NCBI RefSeq assembly: GCF_009914755.1 | Contig: NC_060927.1 | Length of the DNA stretch: 64,000 nt | Reading direction: 5' to 3' (one strand) | From: the human T2T-CHM13v2.0 reference genome, Homo sapiens | Shown here: positions 53,754 to 64,000 of the stretch, one piece after another | Layout of the letters: every line of letters starts with the position of its first letter | How positions within the stretch are numbered: position 1 is the first letter of the stretch | Made by a program: the position numbers and the translations under genes | Notes under the pieces: model-generated | Database searches by the model: none | Seen by the model: only the letters and a program-made list of their open reading frames with translations | What the model was told of the DNA's origin: nothing

Positions 53754-54996
53754 CAAAAGTTCTACATTCTTGTGAAAGAATATTTAATTTTAAATTTTAA
53801 ATAGCTCTAGAGGTATGAAATGGGGTTGAAATGGTAAACATTTTAAGAAGGCAGGATCTCAGCACAATGTGATAACATTCAAAGGAACTGCAGGAAAATG
53901 GACTGACAGAAAAGTAATGAGTTCCACATGACTGGAGGTCATGAAGGATGGGCTGAACAGCCAGCTGGCAGAGAACTCAGAATGAGGACTATGAAGACTC
54001 TTATAGCATGCTGGAAATATACACACTCACAGCATCTGTCTCTCTTAAGCACAATAGCCACCACGACGGCCTCCCTACTTTGCACTTTACAACCTTAAGA
54101 AGTATTGAAAAGAAATATGAGAAATACTGAGGAATCCTTCATATTCCTAATTCACATTATCACCCTGGGATAAAATATGTCTTCATTTCCGTAATAACCA
54201 ATCTATATTCAAAAGGGCAAATTAGGAGACAGGAAAAACCAACATTTATTTAAAACCTGTGGCTAATTTGTAGTGGTATCTTACCAGTAAACATTAAACA
54301 ATTATTTCAATTTATTAAAAGAATTACTCTATTTTAACAAAAATGTGTCCAGATTCCATTAGGTTCCCAATAGATGGCATGCCAATAAACAGCCAAGACC
54401 TTTAGTAAATGGGTATGTGGCCTTTTGTTGGTTTATTTTTTAATGCAGCCATGAACAGAAGGAGATGGTTTCCTCATTAAAAGTCCTGAGAGTGAATCAC
54501 TATTCTTTATTATTTACCTATGCTCCTCGGTAAATAAAGCAAAAAACAGACATTGAATCACTACTTGATTAGATGGGACTAAAATGCTAAAGATAAACAA
54601 ATCTAACCTTGCCCAAAACAGGAATAAGCTAAAATTGGGAGTAAGACTAGAAGCAACTTTGAAAAACTAAACATTATTAAATGGCTTTTATATAAAATAT
54701 TTATATTTCTATATCTAGATGTACCTGACTCACATGCAGATATATTTCAAGGTGTTCTCTGAATACCTACATATACTTTTTATTTATTATATTAAGTATG
54801 TTTCTTTAAAACTACCTGTAAACAAAATTATATTATGACTCTCTTAGGGCAGCTTATAAAAAAGAAACTTATAATAAATTTTTCCATAAAATAAGGGCTA
54901 TGTCCATATACTTATTCATAAAATTATACCTGACTTTATGAAAACCAGGAATGCCAAAAGAGAGACTTTAAAAATTAAAATCAAAGGCTTAGCATT

Positions 54997-55357
54997 TGAT
55001 ATGGTTTGGCTGTGTCCCCAACCAAATTTCGTCTTGAATTGTAGTTCCCGTAATCCCCATGTGTCATGGGAGAGACCAGGTGGAGATAATTGAATCATGG
55101 AGGCGGTTTCACCCATCCTGTTCTCATGATAGTGAGTTAGTTCTCATGAGATCTGATGGTTTTATAAGAGGCTTCCCCCTTTACTGGGCACTGATTCTCT
55201 CTCCTGCCACCCTGTGAAGAGGTGGCTTCTGCCATGATCGTAAATTTCCTGAGGCCTCCTCAGCCAGGCAGAACTGTGAGTCAGTTAAACCTCTTTCCTT
55301 TATAAATTGCCCAGTCTCAAGTATTTCTTCATAGCAGCGGGAGAACAGACTAATACA
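54997..55357 (+). mobile_element. THE1 (THE1D-like) solo LTR
   Basis: tgatatggtttggctgtgtcccca...ggtggagataattgaatcatgg...cagactaataca; TSD gcatt/gtatt. Confidence 0.93.
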
Positions 55358-55716
55358 GTATTTAACAGAAAGAAAATACTTATCATATGATTTTATGTAT
55401 AAGGACCTCCTCCTAGAGCTATAACATTTCTATTTATACCTACAGTATTTTAGAAACATACATATTCCATAAAAGTTGCATAATCTATAGTGCAATCACT
55501 TTTTAATGTAATTTACTTAGGCTCACATATCTTTTAGCTCGTATTTTGCTATTTTATTAAACTTTAATCTTTTAGAACTCAGAATGACAGCAGGACTGGA
55601 TTAGTGGCCTCAGGAAACACAGGGTCTGCTCATGAGCAGTGCCACCTAACATCGTCTGGTTGCCTAGAAACCAAACCCTTAAATAGGTAGGTAGGGAGTT
55701 ATAATTCTTTAAGTAA

Positions 55717-56039
<323 letters not shown>

Positions 56040-57797
56040 AGGCCCCAAAGCATCTCTAACTACATTCTCATTTGACTAATACACAGAAAAGCTGTGGTGG
56101 CTACAAAACAATGGGGCTGGTAAAAGAGAGCAAATCTCCTGTCCCAAAGTTCACTGCATTCACCATGACCATTCTTTGCAGAATCTCCCTTAAACTTGGA
56201 AGGTTCCATAGTACTGTATCAACCACCAAGAGAATGGAATCCTTTAGAATAATAATGTTGACAACCTAGCTGCTAAATATCTTCCCTCTCTAAAAAGATC
56301 TGAGACCTCTTGCCATTTGTTTCCTTGCCTTTTTCAAATAACAAGAAATTATGGATAATTCTGGATTTTCCAAATATTCTCATCCTTAATTGAATCTCTT
56401 GGTATCTCCTCTTATAAGACTGCAGAGTTTCACCTCTTGAATTAGTGTACCAAGCTGTGAAATGTCTCCCAAATGTATATTCTATGGGTGGGAAACATAA
56501 TGAAACGGAAAGGCTCTAAGAAATGGCACCATAAAACCAACAGCATGCTACAGAGTTGCTCCTTCATATTGACAGCAAATCAGAAGTAATTTTGTACCTA
56601 AGTCAGAGCTTAATTCATTAGTTACTTCACAAGTTCAATCCAGTTTCTCAAAATGCAGTAACACAATCTTCCAACCTAATTATCTTCATTGAAAGTATTT
56701 AAAAGCCTTTGCTGAGACACATTTCTTTCTGTGTCAGACAGGATCAACGTCAAGTGAGCAGGTTGGGTAGACTACATTCTGTCTAATGGTAAAAGGTGTA
56801 CAATTTAGGAAATAATCGTTTCTTGCAAGGGAGAATTTTCCCCTGGACACCAAAGGAAACCTCTCGTAAATAAACATATAAATGTGTATCCACTTAGAAT
56901 CTCGAGAATACCCTATAAATAATACTTTTGACATTCTGCAGAATTGAAAATATTACAACCTGAATGATTTCTATAATAAATTTAATTAACTGAGAGAAGT
57001 TTAGGGCTCAGGAGGAATTTTTAAAAATAGAACACGAGATAATTTGTAATGGAAATGCCATCCCATATCGCTGCCACTAGGGAAAATGATGGATATTTCC
57101 CTAGAAATTATCATGAGGAAACAGTTGGTTTGTTTTGATGGCATTTCAATAGCTCATTCAATGAAACCCCAAAAGTTTCAGTCCAAAAACAGTTCACTTT
57201 CATTTTTTTTGTTTTTTTTTTTTGACAATCAGAAAAGGAATCAACTCACATTTTCAACCAGCCATTTTTCGTAGATTATACTTGGGGAAAATACCTTTTA
57301 AAAACACTTTTTGAGTGAATTTGTAAGCAGAAATTAGTACACAGGCAAGCAAGACTTCTTATTCCACAGCTCAGTCTCAACTCAAGTTTAACTTTTAATT
57401 ATTTCCTAAAATTCGTCGCTGCTATTAAGCTTTTGCTTTGTGAGGTAACCCAGTTTTCTTCCAACACTGTTCACTCCACTCATTTAATTCATGTCCTAGG
57501 CCAATAACACATCTACTTTTCCAGCTGTAATAGTTTAATAGCTTAAATTTCTGAAGTAGATGGCATTCTTTTCTCTTTCAAAAACCAGTTCTGGCAGTGA
57601 TTAAGTAAAGGAAACTGAACGCTTGAAGAGCTTCAAATATGTGCCATCAGAATTCATGTGTCACATACAAACACAGTAATATATAATGAAGGGAAATACC
57701 CAAATCACAGAATCCAGTTTAAGCAACATAACCACAGATATATTTTAAAAGATGGAGAGTCAATCAACAAGTATATTAATTCATTTTAAATTTGTTA

Positions 57798-58010
<213 letters not shown>

Positions 58011-58839
58011 TTAATCAAAAGCAAATACTTATTTAAATTAAGCAAATAAATAACAACTTTAGCTTCAGGGGCTCTCATGTGTTAACATTTAATACTATCA
58101 AAATTTTAAAATTTAAGTCAGCTGCAGCTATGAAATTAGCCAAGTTCTATTTTCTTTCCATTTTACATTTCTATGAAATGTGTTTAAATCAGGCAAAAGG
58201 AGATGCTTTTTCAAGTGAAATAATAAAAAAGAAGTAACACATTTCTCACTGTTAAATGGAAAAACACACTTGCAGGAGCTACAGCAAGATAAAGTGAAAG
58301 ACTCATCATCCTGAGAAGGTTCTAATGTTCCAGGGTATTTCTCTTTGAAATATCCGAGCTGTTCATTGTGTTGAGTGAGCCCTGGTAGCTAAGAAGGGTG
58401 TTCGTGCATTGTGGGGCAATCTTACCTATGGTAGTCAACAGTTTCCAAGGGAAAATAGAGTCAACTTAACTACCTCTCTCAGAAAGTTTTTCTTTGGATT
58501 CATCTCTTCTGTAATACTGCCTCTACAAAATATACTTTTGAGGATAGCCTCCAGTTCCTGCAGTACCTGCTGAGTAACTGCAGGATTTAGAATGCAAACT
58601 AAATTGGAGAATTATTCAAGTTCTTACCACCAATCAGTTGTCCACTAACCCCAGGAGTCAGCTAAATGTTACAGCGTTCAATAAATATCCAAAATTACTG
58701 CTATTATAACTGAATTACTATCCCAAAAAGTTGAAAAGAAAAATCAAAGCCAATAAAATTCTATTCAGAGGCAGAAATTGACTTTCACCCCTTACTGATT
58801 CCTAACTGGACAGAAATTGCTTCTTTAAAGGCATAAATC

Positions 58840-59175
58840 TAGGAGTCACAAACTTAAATGTCTACAGAGGCCAGGCCAGTAACATAAACAAGTAAAGTGG
58901 TCCAGTTGGGGCCTGTGGCAAACTGGGCAACCCGAGCCTCCTTGAGGGAGGTAGGGTATGGTATGGTAGGGTGGGGTGGGGTGGAGTTTACTTAGCTGGA
59001 GCCACTTGTTGTCTTGTCAACATATGAGCACAATATTGCCAGGTCTAAAGATTTTTCAAGAGAAACTGAACATTGTATTTAATGTGAGATCTCCTATTTT
59101 TTAAGTTTTAGGCACTTAATTTAAAAAACATTCTTAGGAACAAATAAAAATAGACTGCGCCTTTGGCCTGTCTCT
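58840..59175. mobile_element. MER102-like (hAT-Charlie)
   Basis: caaacttaaatgtctacagaggccaggccagtaacataaa...ccaggtctaaagatttttcaagagaaactg. Confidence 0.65.
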
Positions 59176-60634
59176 ACAGGACACTTACATGAGAGCAATG
59201 CCATATATTATTACAATGGGTGGCTAAGAGGCAGGGAGGGAACAGCCTGAACTTCAGATTCAGAGAGACCTGGGTTAAATACCAGCTGTGCCTTGACCAG
59301 CTGTGTGATCCTAGGAGACCCCGAGAAAGCAACATATTGTCTGGGTCTGCAGGGATGACATCTACCTAGCCATGCTCTTGTGAAGAATAAGTGTGGGCTT
59401 TGCACAATGCCTTTCAAGTAGTCGGAAATCTATTAACACCTAATAGTAATCACTTTTAAGCTGAGAAATTCCACACCACCAGCAGGATTTAAATGGGGGA
59501 AGGGGAAAATGAGTTTATCTGCTATTCTGGGGAAAGGGAAAAATGAGTTTGATCTGACAAGTCAGGATGCTTTAAAGTCCAATCTGTGGTAAATCAAACT
59601 CAAGAAAAGCCCCTGCGTAGGTGCCTTCAAAGATTCCACACAGAGAACAAATAAAAACAAAAACAAAAAGCAAACAAAGCACCCAACAGATTAAGCACTT
59701 AGTCACTGAGAAAGATTGGAGTTAGCACTACATTACCTGCTCTTACAAAGCCAGAAGGGCAAGAAACCACACTCCATGCTCATGTCCTGAAAAATCCAGA
59801 AGTCCAGAAGTTCCAGTTATGCCCCACCTGGTCTGGGAGGTGTGGTTCCAGACAGAACCACAAAACCGGAAAACACTCTTAAGGGACTTAGAGCTCTGAG
59901 TCGACCAACACCCCATAGTTAGAAGACACCATCAAGGCCACCTGGGAGGCCTCAGGATCGGGAAGAAAAATTTTGTTGGTTAAACTACTAGGCCATTAGA
60001 GCAGCAGGTTTTATTACAAATGGAATTAGAAAGAAATGAGGAAAAGAAAAAAAAAGCCCATAAATGGTGGCAGCTGCTGTTTGTTTCTAAGCTGTGCTTC
60101 CCAGTAGTTTGTTTGCTTGGTGGTGTTTCTGCAACATATTTGGAGAGAAGTCCTACATTTGCTTGAAATAGCTCAATTGTGTTTTCAACATTCATTTTTC
60201 TTAACTAAAAAAAAAATAACAGAAAGAGAAGAGATACAGGACAGTGATGAGTGGCTGCCTCAAGGAACCTGGGAATCAAACAGGGATGTGAGATGAGGGC
60301 AGGAGCACAAACAGGTGCAGAGCAGGAATCAGCTTCTACATCCAAAGGTCACTCGCCTCAGGGTCCCCTCTCAGAGCTGGGGTTAGTAGGTAGGTCTCAG
60401 GAAGATCTGGACAGCTGACTTGTGAGGCTCTTTTCTCTCCTTGAATAATCTATTCTTGGGTATATGTCCCAACCAATCAAAACCAAGGAGGCTTAATGCT
60501 GAGCCTTTAGTTCAAACTGCTAGGAGAAGGTTTTTGCTGGACACATCCAAGGGCCTCAGAAGTAAAGTTCAGAGGAACTAAAGAGTTCTACTGGCAACTG
60601 GCCTTGCATAGGCAACCAAACTGGAAAGAATCAT

Positions 60635-61082
60635 CATATCAGATGGGTTCCCCAGGAATAAAACCTGAGACTCCCTGAGATTTATACTGTGTGAGTTTAT
60701 TGGGGTATGCCTCAGAATCAACACCTGCCGGGGAGTAAAGGAAGAACTGGACTGAGCCAAAGGAAGAGCTGAACTGAAATGTAGTGGTAACAAAAACTTC
60801 ATCTGATCCATGGAAGTGCTGGAGCTAGGACAGCCCTGGAGAATTATCCTACCTGGAAGCATCAGGCCTTTGCATCCCATCTCCATTGACTAGTCACTGC
60901 ATGTGGGCTGCCCCCCAATACCCGTCCCAGAGGTAACAATCTTAGGTGAACTGACACTGTTCAGCTGAGGACATTTTTCAGATGAACGTCATCCCTAGCT
61001 ACCTACACTCCCAGCAGGTGGACAACTGAGTGCCTCATCAGTGGAGAACTGAGCTCTGTGTGACATACCACAACTTACACTA
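60635..61082 (-). mobile_element. ERVL-type LTR (LTR16/LTR33 class; subfamily uncertain)
   Basis: gggttccccaggaa...gagtttattggggtatgcctcagaatcaacacctg...aaaggaagagctgaactg. Confidence 0.55.
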
Positions 61083-61399
61083 CAAGCACCATGGCTAGAA
61101 ATAAGAACCAGTCTGGAATCAAAAGAGAAGTCTATAAGCATCTACAGTCTACAGTATCCTGAGAGTAACAAAGCAAAATAGCATGAGTCATGGTATTTGC
61201 AAGGAGGGGGCTCTTTGAAACCCTAGATATGGAAGTCAGAGGTATTATTCAGTGACACCTCAGTACTGACCCTAGGCTCTCTTCTCTCTTTCCCCCAATC
61301 CAAGCGCCTGGAGAGCTGAATGTTTGTGAATAGTCTTTCACACAAATGCATTTCATCATTAGTTACATCCTTGTAGAATTGTGATACAGCTTGAACAGT

Positions 61400-62350
61400 A
61401 TAAGCATTTAGCTGTTTTCTCCACTCTAGAGTACCTCTAAAGTAATTTCCCCAAAAGGTCACCATGAACCTCAATTTCTTACACATAGTGGTTGCTTCTC
61501 AGTCCTGTCCTAGTTGTCCCTTTTGAGGCATGTATACTCCTGAGCATCACTACTCCTGTTGAAAATATATCCCCTCCACCATCTTCTATCATACCTCTTA
61601 GTCTCTCTCACAGATTCTATAATATTTCTTCTGCTCACACCTTCTAGGTACCTTCCCCTAAGTTTCCACCCTTGTCCACCACTCCCCTAATTTTGTTCAC
61701 TAAGTGTCAATGATCTTATCTCCAAATGTCCACCATATCCATCTACTCCACTCCATTCACACAACAGGCTTCATCATCTTTTTCTGGGACCATTTGCTTT
61801 TAGTTAATTCTTTCTTCCTTCTAAGCTATTCTCCATACTGATCTTTCTAAAACAGACATTTCTAATCATGACACTCCATGATTTAAAATAATACAAGATA
61901 CGGTTCAAACTGAAAGTCAAGGTCATGTCATTCTTAGGCCTGGCCTCGATTCCCAGCCTTGTGTTCCATCATTCTGTGCTATAACCAACACATGTCCCTC
62001 GTGTCCCTAACATACCACACTCAGCTCTTGGTTCATACTGCCCATCTGCCAAGATTATTCCTTCTGCTTTCTTTATGAGGCAAGCCCATCCTTGAAAGCC
62101 CAGCTTGCTGCCTCCTTTCTGAAGCCCTTCTTAAATCAGCGTCACTGCCTCTCTCTCTCTGCAGCCGCAATATGTTGTGCACAGCTCTATGATAACCATT
62201 TTCACATAGTGCTAGCCTCTCTTACATTTCTCTCCCTTGATGAATTACAAATGCCTCAAGAGCAAGCACTGTAACATATTTATCTTGGTATTTCCAGCAC
62301 TTAGCATGCTGTCCAATACATAACTGCTAGATATAACTATTTACTGAATA
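61400..62350. mobile_element. Degraded LINE-2 segment
   Basis: Pyrimidine-rich L2-like tract ending tatttatcttggtatttccagcacttagcatgct...tttactgaata. Confidence 0.55.
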
Positions 62351-63049
62351 AGGTTGATGTCCCACTCCCAATTCTTCAAGACATGTATAGTGCAAATCAC
62401 AAAAAATGGGATCAGAATGTAGAGCCAAAGGTCTAGCAAACTTACATCATTTCTTTTAAATCTAGACAAGTTGTTTTACCACTGTGCCCTCTATCCTCCT
62501 TACCCCAATCCCAAATGGACAAAGCTGTCACATGTAAAAGCCCCTGTAGTATTCCCAGCTTAAAAAAATAAAATCCATAGAGCCTGTTGTAGTAAACTGT
62601 GCCTCACGTGCATTGAGAAGACAGGCTGTCAGAATGTGGCCAACAGAATGTGCAGCAAGGAGAGGAAGCTGTACCTAATAATCATGTTACAAAGACAGGA
62701 AAGCTAAGAGATAAGAAATCCACTTAATTCTCCCTCTTGTGTTTGCTTAGCTGCTCTTAAAGCCAGGATGAGCAGCATGGAAGAAAGTTACATACACCAA
62801 GGAGAAAAGAGCAAATCATTGACATTTACCAAAGTCAAGAATCCCTGTTGGCCACACATGCCTTTATTCAGATCTTAACCTTTGCTGGGAGGCTGAGAAG
62901 AGAATTTAATTCTAAGGTAGAGTAGTTTACATTATTTCATAATGAAATATAACTACATATCAAAAGGCAGACTATTCCTTGAAAGAGAATGTAATTTTTC
63001 AGCCAGTACTGATAAAAGCAAACTTGGTTAGTCATGACAATAAAAATTA

Positions 63050-63500
63050 CAGTAATAGTGAACATTTCATGAGGACTTATGTGTCAGAAACGATTCTAAG
63101 CATTTTTCATGAATAGCTCATTTATCACAGCTTTATCAAGTGGATGCTATCATTATCTTTGTTTTACAGATTAGGAAATGGAGGCACGGAGGGATTAAAT
63201 GCTTAGTCAGGGTCACACTACTAATGAGCGGCAGAGCCAGGATGTTGACTCAGATGGTCAGACTCCAAACCTTGAGTTCCTAATCACTATATCATAGCTT
63301 CATGGAACCATAATCCCCAGCCCTTGGTTTACCACCTGGTAGCTCTCTAACCTTGAGCCAGTTTCAGAACTGCATTGAACCTCAGTTTCCTCATCTTTAA
63401 AATGTGGACAGGATTACCTCCCTTGGGAGATACAATGAGAACTGTGAGTGTCTAGACTAGCTTGGGGCCTGATATGTAATAGGACTTTAATAAATATTCA
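63050..63500. mobile_element. Two adjacent MIRs in opposite orientation
   Basis: ttttacagattaggaaatggaggcacggaggg...ggtcacac (reverse) followed by cctcagtttcctcatctttaaaatg (forward). Confidence 0.7.
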
Positions 63501-64000
63501 TTTTCTTCCTCCCTTTTCTTTTTCATCTTTGAAAATGAGTTCATGTAATAAACAAAGAATATGCCACAGTAAAATTCAGTCCGCATTTTATAGATTTTCA
63601 ACTAAAAAAGCCAATAAAACTAATCTGGCCAGTAAACGAAAACCTATTGCTTTTCAACCAATAATATTACCCACCACATGCTTAGCAAACAGAGTCAGGT
63701 ATTTATGGACAAAATGTATGTCTCTTTAAAAATTAGTTAGACAATTGAGAAGGCGCATTAAGTTTTGGGGGTTCCTTGGATGTTGAAATAAATACTCTTT
63801 CTTTCAGCTGATGAAATTTAGATGGCATTGGCAGGCTCAAGCCCAGCTTCACAGCAGAGAGGAGAGATTTAAGATCTAGGGTTTGATATTCCCTGCCACT
63901 AGGTTATGCTTTAATTCCTCCAGGTCCTCTGAATGATACTGGATTTATAAGAACACTAAATAACACCACTGGGCTAAATCCCAAAGATTGAAAAAGGCAA

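Noticed and set aside
54364-54380. CTCF-like ccaatagatggca
   Set aside because: Mismatch in the core and a single weak hit; not supportable without ChIP data.

Overview
This is primate (almost certainly human) genomic DNA, not a prokaryotic locus: it carries AluJ/S/Y, THE1/MLT1 LTRs, MER DNA transposons, L1, L2 and MIR. The only well-supported coding sequence is a 66-nt minus-strand exon at 57891-57956 encoding [22 protein letters not shown], the glycine-rich loop of the Ste20/GCK-IV kinase TNIK (exon 2). The window is therefore the 3' end of TNIK intron 1 (57957-64000), exon 2, and about 58 kb of intron 2. All other ORFs in the track look like chance or repeat-derived frames. I cannot support a new multi-gene system. 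The best leads are RNA-level: (i) a strong intronic 3' splice site at 35481 with an immediate stop, downstream poly(A) hexamers and a nearby (UG)14 tract; (ii) a one-and-a-half MADE1 composite with two alternative hairpins (miR-548-type source); (iii) a perfect 18-bp inverted repeat at 37000-37062; (iv) a candidate 157-nt poison exon; (v) a palindromic AT-rich minisatellite. Repeats were identified by eye, so boundaries and subfamilies of old elements are approximate.
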